A stretch of DNA of 63,934 bases, the filler included. It is 4 parts of 4 records of this genome, joined end to end, with 100 filler letters (N's around TTAATTAATTAA, not from the genome) between each part and the next. Parts side by side here need not be neighbours in the genome. Positions count along the whole stretch, not along the records: positions 25,849 to 49,024 come from SRR20825006_446; 3 more parts are not named here. The stretch is one strand, 5' to 3'. Of the stretch, positions 29,463 to 39,957 are shown piece by piece; the stretch's first letter is position 1, and the number at the start of each line of letters is the position of its first letter. The translations under genes and the position numbers were made by a program. The notes under the pieces were generated by a model that made no database searches, had not been told where the DNA came from, and saw only the letters and a program-made list of their open reading frames with translations.

Positions 29463-31145
29463 ATGGCTGATGACGCTGTACAGCGCGAGTCGATGGAATA
29501 TGACCTGGTCATCGTTGGCGGTGGCCCTGCGGGTCTGTCCGCGGCGATCCGGGCAAAACAACTCGCACAGGAAGCTGGCGAAGACATTGAAGTCGTCGTG
29601 ATCGAGAAGGGCGGCGAGATCGGCGCTCACATTCTGTCCGGCGTGGTCATGGACCCGGTCGGCCTCGACAAGCTGATCCCCGGCTGGCGTGAGCGCGACG
29701 ACCGTCCGCTGAAGACCGAAGTCACCGGCGACAAGTTCAAATTCCTCGGCCCGAAGGGCGAGGCAGACATTTCCTGGCTGCCTATGCCGGGCTTCATGAA
29801 GAACCATGGCAACTATACTGGCTCGCTCGCCAATGTGGCGCGCTGGCTGGGCCAGGAAGCCGAGAATATGGGCGTGGAAATCTTCCCCGGCTTTGCCGCC
29901 TCAGATCTCGTGCTGGGTGAAAATGGCGAAGTCAAAGGCATCGTGGCCGGTGTCATGGGTATCGCCGCCGATGGTACGCACAAGCCGGACTATGAGCCGG
30001 GCATGGAGTTGCTCGGCAAATATGTCCTGTTCGCCGAAGGCGCCCGGGGCTCGCTGACGAAGCAGCTGATCGCCAAGTACAATCTGGATGAAGGCCGCGA
30101 CCCGCAGAAATTTGGCCTCGGCCTGAAAGAGCTGTGGTCCATACCCGAAGAGCAATTCAATGAGGGCTACGTCCAGCACACGATGGGCTGGCCGCTCGAT
30201 AATTCGACCGGCGGAGGCAGCTTCCTCTACCATTTCCGAGACAATGGCGAGCCGTTCGTATCGGTCGGCTTCGTGGTTCACCTGAACTATGAGAACCCGT
30301 ACATTTCGCCGTATCAGGAATTCCAGCGCTTCAAGCACCACCCCTCCGTGCTGCCGCACCTGGAAGGCGGCAAGCGTGTCGCCTACGGCGCGCGGGCCAT
30401 CACCGAGGGCGGCTTTCAGTCGGTGCCGAAACTCTCATTCCCCGGCGGCGCGCTGATCGGGTGTGGTGCAGGCTTCGTCAACGTGCCGCGCATCAAGGGT
30501 AGCCACAATGCGATCCTGACGGGCATGATGGGTGCGGAAGCTGCCTATGAAGCCATCAAGGCTGGCCGTCAGGGCGACGTGCTGACCTCATACGAGGATG
30601 CCTACAAGGCTTCTTCGGTCTACAAGGAGCTGAAGCAGGTGCGGAACGTGAAGCCGCTCTGGTCCAAGCTGGGAACGGCGATCGGTATTCCGATGGGCGG
30701 CCTCGAAATGTGGATTTCCAGCCTGTTCGGCGGCTTCTCATTCTTTGGTACGCTGAAGCATGGCAAGACGGATGCAGCCGCGCTGAAACCAGCCAAGAAG
30801 TTCAAGCCGATCGACTATCCAAAGCCGGATGGCAAGATCAGCTTCGACAAGCTGACCAATGTGTCCTTCACCAATACCTATCACGGCGAAGACCAGCCCG
30901 TTCACCTTGTCGTGAAGGACATGGCGCTTCAGAAGGCTTCCGAGCATGATGTCTATGCTGGCCCATCGGCGCGTTACTGCCCGGCAGGCGTCTATGAGTG
31001 GATTGAGGAGGGCGGCGAACTGAAGTTCCAGATCAACTCCCAAAACTGTATTCACTGCAAGACTTGCGACATCAAGGATCCAAATCTGAACATCAATTGG
31101 ACCGTGCCCGAAGGTGGTGGCGGCCCGGCCTATCCGAACATGTAA
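29463..31145 (+). CDS. Electron transfer flavoprotein-ubiquinone oxidoreductase
   Basis: GGGPAG FAD motif, GAHILSG, YCPAGVYE and NCIHCKTCDIKDP. Confidence 0.96.
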   Translation: MADDAVQRESMEYDLVIVGGGPAGLSAAIRAKQLAQEAGEDIEVVVIEKGGEIGAHILSGVVMDPVGLDKLIPGWRERDDRPLKTEVTGDKFKFLGPKGEADISWLPMPGFMKNHGNYTGSLANVARWLGQEAENMGVEIFPGFAASDLVLGENGEVKGIVAGVMGIAADGTHKPDYEPGMELLGKYVLFAEGARGSLTKQLIAKYNLDEGRDPQKFGLGLKELWSIPEEQFNEGYVQHTMGWPLDNSTGGGSFLYHFRDNGEPFVSVGFVVHLNYENPYISPYQEFQRFKHHPSVLPHLEGGKRVAYGARAITEGGFQSVPKLSFPGGALIGCGAGFVNVPRIKGSHNAILTGMMGAEAAYEAIKAGRQGDVLTSYEDAYKASSVYKELKQVRNVKPLWSKLGTAIGIPMGGLEMWISSLFGGFSFFGTLKHGKTDAAALKPAKKFKPIDYPKPDGKISFDKLTNVSFTNTYHGEDQPVHLVVKDMALQKASEHDVYAGPSARYCPAGVYEWIEEGGELKFQINSQNCIHCKTCDIKDPNLNINWTVPEGGGGPAYPNM

Positions 31146-31282
31146 TCAGGGCTTCAAGCCTTATGGTTTCCGGAAAGCGCGATGGGGTTAACCCTGTCGC
31201 GCTTTCTCCATTTCGCGCCTTGCTCTTGCCGCATCGGACTGCTTCACTCGGCGTCAAAGCGAACCCGAAGTGAGCCATTCAT

Positions 31283-33205
31283 ATGCGCCCAAGACTAACC
31301 CTTACTGCCTCTATCCTGACCCTTTCGCTCGCCCTTGGGGCCTGCGCCACAGAGCCCGCGCCTGCCTTGCAGCAGGTCGAGGCCGAAGTGCCGATCGCTC
31401 AAAGCGCTGTGCCACTCTCCCCGGCGGCCCGCGCCACGGCCGTGATAGGGGCAAACGGCAAGCCGATCGGTATTTCCGCGTATCCGGCGCCACTGGATGC
31501 GGTGAAGGCCGGTGACATGGCCGCCTTCCTTCAGATGACCTCCGGCCTGTCGCAGGAAGACCGCGATGTCAGTCCACTATTTGATGCCTTCCTGGCGCTG
31601 GACCGGGCGGCTGACGGCGACACGGTTGCGGCGCGCAACATATTGAAGACCTCCAACAGCCAGAGCGATGAAGAGGGCGAGACCGGCTTTTACGCCTTTC
31701 TTGATGCGTGGTTGCTCGCCATGGACGGGCGTCCGGATGAGGCGATCGAGCGCCATCGCGGTGCTGCGGGGGCCATGCCCGGTCTGACGGGAGACCTGTC
31801 CCTTGCCGCCATGCTGGAAGCATCGGGACGGCCAGAACAGGCGCTCGCGGTCTATGAGTTCATGACACCCGCCGAGATCGAGGCGCCGGAACATCAGTTT
31901 GACCCAAAGGGCCTGCTCTATAGCCACGTCCGCACGGTAATTTCGCGCCATGCCCTGTTGTTGCAGCGGCTTGGTCGGATTGAGGAGTCCAAGGCGGTCT
32001 ACCAAAAGCTGGCTGATGCAGAGCCTGAAGAGGCGATCAGCTACGCAGCCGCCATTGAAAGCCTCGAGACCGGAAAAAATCTCGACAATGAACCCCTGGA
32101 TGTGCCGGCTGCATTTGCGCAGTCGCTGGCGGATGTGTCGCGCGCCCTGCAGGAGCAGCGCATTATTCGCACGATCATGATGGGTGGCAGGATTGAGGGA
32201 TTTGATGACCAGCGCTCGGCCTTTGATCAGGTCGCATTGCTGATAAATCCGAAAGATGAAGGGCTGCGTGCCGCCGTCATCGACCAGCTTTACGAAAGCG
32301 CGCTGTATGATGGCGTGGCTCATGTTGCGCTGAGCGCACCGCAAGAGACGGCCTCACTGCAGATCGCGGCCGGACAGGCGCTGATCATGTCGGGTGATGA
32401 GGCAGGAGCGCGGGCTGCGGTGGCGCGCGCGCTGGAAATCACGGATGAAGATGACCGCCTGCGGACGCTGTATGGTGCGCTGCAGTTGCGCACCTTGCTG
32501 AATGATCAGAATGGTTCGTCCGAATTGGTGGACGAGGTGATTTCGTTGGCCTCGAACCAGGCGGAGCGCGCCTCTGCTCATGGTCTCGCTGCTGAGATCA
32601 AGGGCCAGTTTGGCGACCTGGAAGCCGCTGCCGTACACGCGGCGAAGGCCCGTGAACTGGATGATACGCATGATCGGCGCATGGCGCTGGCTAACTCTCT
32701 GGGCAAGATTGGCGAGGTCAATCAGGCGCTGGCCATTCTGCGCACCGAGCTGCTGGGCCGACCAAACGATCCCTACACGTTGAATTCGCTCGGGTATTTT
32801 CTGATCGAGTATACCGACAAGCATGAAGAAGGCTTCAAGGTGCTTTACCGGGCACGTTCGCTGGCTGAGCGCGATCCCTACATTACGGACTCGCTTGGCT
32901 GGGCCTATTTCAAGATGGGGCACCTGAAGGATGCCCAGCGGCTGATCGAACAGTCTCGCGCGGAGCTGAAACCCCACAAGCACTGGGAAATCGAAACGCA
33001 CCTTGGCGACATCTACTGGCATCAGGGCAAGAAGGAAGAGGCGCGCGAAGCCTGGCAAAACGCGATCGAAAATCGTCCGCCGGCCAGGGAGCGAGCGGAG
33101 CTGGAAGCCAAGTTGGCGGATGGCCTCACGTCTCCGAGACCCGAGCGCCGGCCATTGCCTAGCGTCTCCATCGGGGACGGGGAGATTGACCGGCAGGATA
33201 TCTGA
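31283..33205 (+). CDS. Tetratricopeptide-repeat lipoprotein
   Basis: Lipobox LGAC with TPR motifs LNSLGY, DSLGWAYF and HLGDIYW. Confidence 0.88.
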   Translation: MRPRLTLTASILTLSLALGACATEPAPALQQVEAEVPIAQSAVPLSPAARATAVIGANGKPIGISAYPAPLDAVKAGDMAAFLQMTSGLSQEDRDVSPLFDAFLALDRAADGDTVAARNILKTSNSQSDEEGETGFYAFLDAWLLAMDGRPDEAIERHRGAAGAMPGLTGDLSLAAMLEASGRPEQALAVYEFMTPAEIEAPEHQFDPKGLLYSHVRTVISRHALLLQRLGRIEESKAVYQKLADAEPEEAISYAAAIESLETGKNLDNEPLDVPAAFAQSLADVSRALQEQRIIRTIMMGGRIEGFDDQRSAFDQVALLINPKDEGLRAAVIDQLYESALYDGVAHVALSAPQETASLQIAAGQALIMSGDEAGARAAVARALEITDEDDRLRTLYGALQLRTLLNDQNGSSELVDEVISLASNQAERASAHGLAAEIKGQFGDLEAAAVHAAKARELDDTHDRRMALANSLGKIGEVNQALAILRTELLGRPNDPYTLNSLGYFLIEYTDKHEEGFKVLYRARSLAERDPYITDSLGWAYFKMGHLKDAQRLIEQSRAELKPHKHWEIETHLGDIYWHQGKKEEAREAWQNAIENRPPARERAELEAKLADGLTSPRPERRPLPSVSIGDGEIDRQDI

Positions 33206-33306
33206 CTGAATTGTCAGGCAGCTGAGACCTTTTACCGGCCCCCGACGCGCCTTACTATTGCCGGATATCAATGCGATTCCGCGATGCGAACGCTGACGGG
33301 AAAACT

Positions 33307-35985
33307 ATGTCGAATCATATGAATCCTCACATGCAGGAACCTGAACCAAAGCGCCGGTTTCTGCCCGGCCCCCCTTGGGTTTGGGTTTGGGCCCGCCGCC
33401 TGGTCATTCTGGGCTTCGTGCTTGCAGCGCTCGGTTTCGTGGCGTTGTGGCTGTATTTCGCAGCCCTTGGCCGCCAAGTGCCGTCCATCGCCAAGCTGAA
33501 GCAATATGAGCCGCCGATTACGTCGCGAGTCCATGCGGGTGATGGCACGCTGATCGCCGAATTTGCAGACCAGCACCGGGTGTTTGTTCCGTATGAATCC
33601 ATCCCGAACCACGTCGTGTACGCATTCGTGTCGGCCGAGGACAAGAGCTTCTTCACGCATGGCGGGCTCGATTATAAAGGTATTGTGCGCGGTGGGCTGA
33701 ACTCTGCAAAGAACAAGATCACCCGGTCCGGTGGGCTTGAAGGTGGTTCAACGATCACCCAGCAGGTCGCCAAGAACATGCTGCTGACACGCGACCAGAA
33801 CCTGACCCGGAAGGCCAAGGAAGCGATCATCGCACAGCGCATGGAGAAGGAATTCTCCAAGGAAGAGATTCTGGAACTCTATCTCAATGAAATCTATCTC
33901 GGATATCGCTCATACGGTGTCGGCTCGGCGGCGCTGAACTATTTTGACAAGTCACTGCCGGAACTCGACCTCTCGGAAGCTGCGATCCTCGCATCGCTGG
34001 CCAAGGCACCTTCGTCGGTGAACCCCTATAGTCGTCCCAAGCGCCTGCTTCAGCGCCGGAACTATGTTTTGCGCCGTATGGTCGAGGATGGCTACATCAC
34101 GCGCGAAGAGGCCGACGAAGCTGTTGCAAAGCCACTGACAACGACGCGTCGCCTGAAAGGGCCGGAATATGCGGCAGCGACCTATTTCGTACAGGAGCTG
34201 CGCAGGGACCTGATCAAGTCATATGGTGAAGACACGCTCCAGCAAGGCGGGCTTTCCATTCGTTCAACCATCGACACCAAGCTGCAGCTGGCCGCGCAAG
34301 ATGCGTTGCAGAACGGTTTGATTGCTTATGACCGTCGTCATGGTTGGCGCGGCCCTGTCACGACATTGGACCCGAAGGCTGAAGACATTCTCGAACAGCT
34401 GGACGATGTGAAACTGCCCGGTGGCTATGGCACTTGGGAAGCTGCGCTGGTTACCAAGCTTGGCTCCAGAGGCGCTGAATTGCTGCTGACAGATGGCGCG
34501 ACCATCCCGTTGCCCACCGAGGAAGTCGAATGGGCTGCGACTTACAAGCCGGCCGAAGGCAAGGGCGGCCTGAATGTGGGCGACGTCGTGATCGCCGAAT
34601 TGAAGCGTAAAGTTCTGAATGCCGAAGAGACAGCTGCGCCGGCAGAATTGGAACTCGACCCGGATGGCGACGAGATCGACCAGCCAGAACCCGAGCCGAT
34701 GATGATCCCGGTTGGCAATGCAATTTTGCGGCAGGTGCCGGAAGCGGATGGTGCGCTGGTCGCGCTGGACCCGCATACCGGACGCATCCTGGCAATGCAG
34801 GGAGGGTATTCTTTCTTCAAGTCGAGCTATAATCGGGTCACGCAATCGAAGCGTCAGCCGGGCTCGAGCTTCAAGGCGTTTGTCTACGCGGCTGCCCTGG
34901 AAAAGGGTTATACGCCGGCCAGCCGGATGCTGGATGCCCCCTTCGTGGCGTTCGACGTGTCTACGGATGATTATTGGCGCCCATCAAACTATACCGAAGG
35001 GCGCACCTACGGCATGGTCACGTTGCGCATTGCGCTCGAGAAATCGCTAAACCTTGTCACGGCGCGCGTTGCGCAGGACATCGGCATGGATGCAGTGTCT
35101 GACCTTGCCGAACGCATGGGCGTCTATGAAGACCTGCCACCTTATCCAGCCATGTCGCTGGGCGCCGGGGATGCCTATCTGATCGACATGGCGCGTGGCT
35201 ATGCGGGCTTTGTGAATGGTGGCCGGAAGATCAACCCAACCCTTCTGGACCGGGTGCAGGACCGTCATGGCCGCACCTTGTTCCAGCATGACGAGCGTCC
35301 GTGCGAAGATTGTCATGCTGAAGTTTGGAACGGCGGGGAACCGCCTCAACTTGAGGAAGTTGGCGAGCAGGTTCTGGACCCGATCGTGGCCTACCAGGTG
35401 ACGCATATGCTGGAAGGCGTGGTCGAACGCGGGACAGGCCGCCGGGCCAGAAGGGTTGGCAAGCCGCTGGCTGGCAAGACCGGTACGACAGATGAGTATC
35501 GCGACGCGGTGTTCATGGGCTATTCTCCGGACCTCGTCGTCGGTGTTCGCGTCGGCTTCGATGACAACCGTTCGCTTGGTGAGGGGGAGGCTGGCGGTTC
35601 GGTTGCTGCGCCGATCTTCACCGAATTCATGGAAAAGGCGCTGGCAGATGATCCGGCCATTCCGTTCCGTATTCCGCCTGGCGTACGCCTCGTGAAAATC
35701 GATGCGCGCACGGGTGAACTGCCCGGACCGGACACGGCAGTCATCATTGATGAAGCCTTCCGCCCCGGCACCGAGCCCGGCATGAGCGCCTTCCGCGATA
35801 CCAGCGACTGCCTGTCCATTTCGGGGAATTGTGGAGCAGGCACAGGCGCCGCATCGGGTGGATTCGATCCGGAGCGAGATGCCGGCATTGTTCAGGAGGA
35901 TCAGGGACTGTTCCCGGGCGAGCCCGGACAGCCACGCCCAGTGCCGGAAGCGCCAGTGGATGACAATCTCGGCGACATTTACTGA
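33307..35985 (+). CDS. mrcA: Penicillin-binding protein 1A
   Basis: EDKSF, GGSTITQQVAKN, GSSFK (SxxK), SLN and KTG motifs. The start is uncertain. Confidence 0.93.
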   Translation: MSNHMNPHMQEPEPKRRFLPGPPWVWVWARRLVILGFVLAALGFVALWLYFAALGRQVPSIAKLKQYEPPITSRVHAGDGTLIAEFADQHRVFVPYESIPNHVVYAFVSAEDKSFFTHGGLDYKGIVRGGLNSAKNKITRSGGLEGGSTITQQVAKNMLLTRDQNLTRKAKEAIIAQRMEKEFSKEEILELYLNEIYLGYRSYGVGSAALNYFDKSLPELDLSEAAILASLAKAPSSVNPYSRPKRLLQRRNYVLRRMVEDGYITREEADEAVAKPLTTTRRLKGPEYAAATYFVQELRRDLIKSYGEDTLQQGGLSIRSTIDTKLQLAAQDALQNGLIAYDRRHGWRGPVTTLDPKAEDILEQLDDVKLPGGYGTWEAALVTKLGSRGAELLLTDGATIPLPTEEVEWAATYKPAEGKGGLNVGDVVIAELKRKVLNAEETAAPAELELDPDGDEIDQPEPEPMMIPVGNAILRQVPEADGALVALDPHTGRILAMQGGYSFFKSSYNRVTQSKRQPGSSFKAFVYAAALEKGYTPASRMLDAPFVAFDVSTDDYWRPSNYTEGRTYGMVTLRIALEKSLNLVTARVAQDIGMDAVSDLAERMGVYEDLPPYPAMSLGAGDAYLIDMARGYAGFVNGGRKINPTLLDRVQDRHGRTLFQHDERPCEDCHAEVWNGGEPPQLEEVGEQVLDPIVAYQVTHMLEGVVERGTGRRARRVGKPLAGKTGTTDEYRDAVFMGYSPDLVVGVRVGFDDNRSLGEGEAGGSVAAPIFTEFMEKALADDPAIPFRIPPGVRLVKIDARTGELPGPDTAVIIDEAFRPGTEPGMSAFRDTSDCLSISGNCGAGTGAASGGFDPERDAGIVQEDQGLFPGEPGQPRPVPEAPVDDNLGDIY

Positions 35986-36071
35986 CAAATCGACTTTTGA
36001 CGCAGAGAGGCGGGCGCGCTATGCCCCGCCTCTCGCATTTTCAATGACGTGTGCAAATAGAGGCTGATCCC

Positions 36072-37185
36072 ATGTCCGCAGAAATCAAAACGCTTACAGA
36101 CCAGATCCGCCAGTCCGCCGATTTGCTACGGAGGCGTCTTTGACTGGGATACAGCCACAAAACGTCTCGATGAGCTGACTGCACTCTCCGAGCGCCCGGA
36201 TTTCTGGGACGACCCGCAGGCCGCCCAGGCCATGATGCGCGAGCGCCAGCGCCTTGCTGACGGCATTGAGACCGTCGAAGCGCTGCAGCGCGAAGCCAAT
36301 GATGCCGAGGAATTGCTCGAACTCGCCGAGGGCGATGACGACATGATTGCCGATATTGAGGCCAATCTGAAAAAGGCCGCGGCGCGCGCCGAGAAGGCCG
36401 AACTCGCGGCGCTACTGTCCGGTGAAGCCGACGGCAATGATTGTTTCATCCAGATCAATGCGGGCGAAGGCGGCACAGAAAGCCAGGACTGGGCCAATAT
36501 CCTGCGCCGCATGTATGTCCGCTGGGCCGAGGCGCACGATATGAAGGTCGAGGAACTCGACGAGCGCGAAGGCGAGGAAGCCGGGATCAAGTCTGCTACG
36601 CTCCAGTTCAAGGGCGAGAATGCCTATGGCTGGCTCAAATCAGAAACGGGCGTGCATCGCCTTGTGCGGATTTCGCCATTCGACTCCTCGGCGCGCCGCC
36701 ATACGAGCTTCGCGTCGGTCGCCGTCACGCCCGTGATCGACGACAATATCGAGATCGAAATCAATCCGTCGGATGTGCGCACCGATACGTATCGCGCATC
36801 CGGCGCGGGTGGCCAGCACGTTAACCGGACCGATTCCGCCGTCCGCCTGACGCACGAGCCGACGGGCATCGTGGTGCAATGCCAGAACGACCGGTCGCAA
36901 CACCGCAACCGGGACCAGGCCTGGCAGATGCTGCGTTCCAAGCTCTATGAGCTGGAATTGCAGACCCGCCGTTCAGTCGCCGATGCGCAGTATGCAGAGA
37001 AAAGCGCTATTGGTTTCGGCCACCAGATTCGCTCCTATGTGCTCCAGCCCTATCAGATGGTGAAGGATCTCCGGACAGAGGTCGAAACTTCCGACACGTC
37101 CGGCGTGCTGGATGGCGATATTGATCTCTTCCTGTCGGCGGCGCTCGCCGCGTCGGTAGCCAAGGGCGAGGACGACGAAGCCTAG
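36072..37185 (+). CDS. prfB: Peptide chain release factor 2 (programmed +1 frameshift)
   Basis: ATG at 36072, then 23 codons to CTT-TGA-C at 36138-36144 with an upstream GGAGG. SPF and GGQ motifs lie in the +1 frame. Confidence 0.96.
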
Positions 37186-37228
37186 GCCTTCCAGCGCAAC
37201 CAAACGGCATCTTGTACGTTCGTCCTGA

Positions 37229-37738
37229 ATGGACGATCTGCTGAAGCTTTCCTTCGACAGCGATGTGCCCTTGGGCGTCATGTCTACGCGGCTGCTGGCA
37301 GCGTGTGTGGCGGGCCTGATCGTCGGGTTTGAACGCGAGGTTCGCGACCGGCCCGCCGGCTTGCGAACGCATATGCTGGCGGCGCTTGCTTCGTCCGTAT
37401 TCATGTTGATTGCCATCGAGATGATCCATTCCTTCGGCGGGGATGACGACATCACCCAGCTTGACCCGACGCGTGTCGTGCAAGCCGTGACGGCGGGGGT
37501 TGCCTTCCTGGCGGCTGGCACCATCATCCATGGCCGTGGGTCCGTGCGAGGACTGACGACCGGCGCCAGTATCTGGCTCGCAGGCGCGATTGGCCTGGCT
37601 TGCGGGGCGGGCTATCTCCGGCTCGCTTTCCTTGCTGTGCTGCTGTCGGTCCTGATCCTGCTGCCGATCCGAATGTTGGAAACACATTGGTTCGGAAAAC
37701 CCCCGATCGGAAAAGGGGACGAGCATGGGGACAGCTAA
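37229..37738 (+). CDS. MgtC/SapB family membrane protein
   Basis: GFERE..RPAGLRTH, DPTRV and GLTTGASIW. Confidence 0.92.
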   Translation: MDDLLKLSFDSDVPLGVMSTRLLAACVAGLIVGFEREVRDRPAGLRTHMLAALASSVFMLIAIEMIHSFGGDDDITQLDPTRVVQAVTAGVAFLAAGTIIHGRGSVRGLTTGASIWLAGAIGLACGAGYLRLAFLAVLLSVLILLPIRMLETHWFGKPPIGKGDEHGDS

Positions 37739-38291
37739 TCCGGCTCTATGGGAATACCGGATCTGGCCGGAGGCAGTCGTCGCGATTGAGCAGCGCCTGC
37801 GGGCCGCGCTGGACTTCGCCGCCGAGCCTCCCCGCACCGACATCTATTTCCGTGTGCCATCCCGCGCGCCAGCCCAAGCCAAATTGCGGGGCGGGGCGCA
37901 GTTCGGGATCAAGGAATTGCTGACTCGTGACGGCGGCCTCGAACATTGGCGGCCGGTCGTCTCCTCCCGTTTTCCATTGGATGATGAAGACCGGGCGACG
38001 CTGGCGCGTCTCTTTCCCACCATTCCCACAGCGCTGACCAGCCTGGCGGCGTTACGGGAGGCATTGCTCGCGGAAGGAGACGAAGTCGTGGTCGACAAGC
38101 GACGTCACATAGCTACCGATGCGGGTGGCCTGCGCGCGGAGATCGCGAAGGCCTCTCTGGGCGGGCAGCAGTATTCGACACTGTGCCTGGAACATGAGAA
38201 CCCCGCTGAACTCACCCGGCAAGTGGACCGGTTTGGCTTTGGCGATTGGTCGAATGTCAGCTATCCGGACTGGATCACGCGAAACGCCTGA
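37725..38291 (+). CDS. Hypothetical protein, CYTH-like
   Basis: WEYR N-terminus, RTDIYF, KLR, KRR and terminal SY resemble the CYTH fold. It overlaps the mgtC stop. Confidence 0.55.
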   Translation: MGTANPALWEYRIWPEAVVAIEQRLRAALDFAAEPPRTDIYFRVPSRAPAQAKLRGGAQFGIKELLTRDGGLEHWRPVVSSRFPLDDEDRATLARLFPTIPTALTSLAALREALLAEGDEVVVDKRRHIATDAGGLRAEIAKASLGGQQYSTLCLEHENPAELTRQVDRFGFGDWSNVSYPDWITRNA

Positions 38292-38295
38292 CGCT

Positions 38296-38332
38296 AAAAA
38301 AAGCCCGCCCCGAAGAATCTCCAGGGCGGGCG
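38296..38332 (-). terminator. Terminator downstream of phoH
   Basis: A-run plus GCCCGCCC...GGGCGGGC. Confidence 0.65.
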
Positions 38333-38353
38333 AGATACTCATTTGAAGTCAGA

Positions 38354-39163
38354 CTAAAGAACGTCGAGCATTTCCGCGACAAGTGGATGGCGGACAACAT
38401 CCTTGCCTTCGAGGCGAATGACTGAGGCTCCGCCGAGTTTTTCGAGCCGTTCGGCGGCATTCGCGAGGCCTGAGAATTCCGGCAGCAGGTCAGACTGGGC
38501 CGGATCACCCGTGATAACCATCGTCGAGTGCCAGCCAAGCCGGGTGAGCAACATCTTCAGCTGGGTGTAAGTGCAGTTCTGTGCCTCATCGATGACGATA
38601 AAGGCATTGTTCAGGGTTCGGCCCCGCATGAACCCGATCGGGGCAATCTCGATGACCCCTTCGGCCAGCATGTGTTTCAGCTGTCCGGGCGAGAGCCGGT
38701 CGGACAGTGCGTCGTAAAGAGGACGCAGGTACGGGGCGAGTTTGTCTTCCATTGCGCCGGGCAGGAAACCGATCTGTTCGCCAGCTTCGACCGCAGGGCG
38801 AGACAGAATGATCCGGGCGACCTTGCCCTTCTGCAGCGCCTCGACCGCTTTGCAGACGGCAAGATATGTCTTGCCCGTCCCGGCAGGGCCGAGTGCCGCG
38901 ACAAGCGCCTTGTCATCCATGGCCTTCATCAGTTCGGCCTGATTCTCGGTGCGGGGCTTGACTGTTTTCTGGTAACGTTGTGTGCGACCACCTTCAGCAC
39001 GCTGATGTTCTTGCTTCGGGTCGGCATCGTCTGGATGCCAGCCTCGTCCGCCTTCTATGGCTTGCAGCTTCGGGCCTTTGCCGCGGGCACCCTCCTCGAA
39101 CCAGATATTCGGGTTCATCTCTGAACCTTGCTTCATCCGTTTTGCTGCATTGCGTTTACCCAT
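38354..39163 (-). CDS. PhoH family ATPase
   Basis: GPAGTGKT, LSRPAVE, MRGRTL, DEAQN and VRHPLV. ATG at 39163 follows AAGGAG. Confidence 0.93.
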   Translation of the reverse strand: MGKRNAAKRMKQGSEMNPNIWFEEGARGKGPKLQAIEGGRGWHPDDADPKQEHQRAEGGRTQRYQKTVKPRTENQAELMKAMDDKALVAALGPAGTGKTYLAVCKAVEALQKGKVARIILSRPAVEAGEQIGFLPGAMEDKLAPYLRPLYDALSDRLSPGQLKHMLAEGVIEIAPIGFMRGRTLNNAFIVIDEAQNCTYTQLKMLLTRLGWHSTMVITGDPAQSDLLPEFSGLANAAERLEKLGGASVIRLEGKDVVRHPLVAEMLDVL

Positions 39164-39185
39164 GGAAGTTCTCCTTGGTTGCGGG

Positions 39186-39345
39186 CAAGAAAAAAGCCAC
39201 CGGCGGAATCGCGCGATGGCTTGGCGGAAACTGGGAGGAAGAAAGGGCCATCCGCCCCGTGGGCGGTGTGGCCAGTTCCCGGGAGCGTTCTCCGGGCGGC
39301 GGGGTGTGACAAGGTCTGGTGATGACCGTCTCCAACTCCGAATCT
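39186..39345 (-). ncRNA. Candidate structured leader or sRNA ending in an intrinsic terminator upstream of phoH
   Basis: Minus-strand hairpins CCCGG..CCGGG and GGCCA..CCGCCC-ACG-GGGCGG..TGGCC, then a C/U-rich single strand and AAGCCA...TGGCTT followed by a U-tract. Confidence 0.45.
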
Positions 39346-39426
39346 GTTGATGATTAGAGTGTACCAAGGTTATCAGAAGATTAAATGATAATTCCGCCCG
39401 CGAAATAATGAGGAGACGCAAGACCC

Positions 39427-39957
39427 ATGGCTATTTACGAGATTGACGGAACCCGACCGACCCTACCGGAGAGTGGCAGTTACTGGGTAGCCGACAATGC
39501 GCAGGTCATGGGCAATGTCGTGATGAAGGAGAACGCCTCGGTTTGGTATGGTGCCGTGCTGCGCGGCGATAACGACCCGATCACGATTGGCGAGAATTCC
39601 AATATCCAGGATGGCAGCGTGCTCCACACCGATGTCGGATGCCCGCTAACGATTGGGCGAGACGTGACCGTCGGCCATATGGTGATGCTTCATGGGTGCA
39701 CGATCGGCGAAGAAACGCTGATCGGTATTGGTTCGACCATTCTGAACAACGCCAAGATTGGCAAGAATTGCATCATTGGGGCGCACACATTGATTCCCGA
39801 AGGCAAGGTAATCCCCGACAATTCGCTCGTCATGGGCGCGCCGGGCAAGGTGGTGAAGGAGATCTCCGACCACCAGATACAGGTGATCCGAATGTCAGCA
39901 GTGCATTATGTGGAGAACTGGAAACGCCATCGCAACAGCGTAAAACGCATCGACTAG
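39427..39957 (+). CDS. Gamma carbonic anhydrase family protein (YrdA-like)
   Basis: LRGD, NIQD..VLH, VGH..LHG and hexapeptide repeats. Confidence 0.92.
   Translation: MAIYEIDGTRPTLPESGSYWVADNAQVMGNVVMKENASVWYGAVLRGDNDPITIGENSNIQDGSVLHTDVGCPLTIGRDVTVGHMVMLHGCTIGEETLIGIGSTILNNAKIGKNCIIGAHTLIPEGKVIPDNSLVMGAPGKVVKEISDHQIQVIRMSAVHYVENWKRHRNSVKRID

Noticed and set aside
31577-35988. Long antisense ORFs (31577-32344, 32354-33271, 35047-35988, and likewise 43335-44561 and 39639-40547)
   Set aside because: They are shadow ORFs of well-supported genes in GC-rich DNA, with no recognisable motifs.
39164-39421. N-terminal extension of PhoH in the ORF track (start 39421)
   Set aside because: A strong SD precedes ATG 39163, and the extension runs through hairpins and a terminator.
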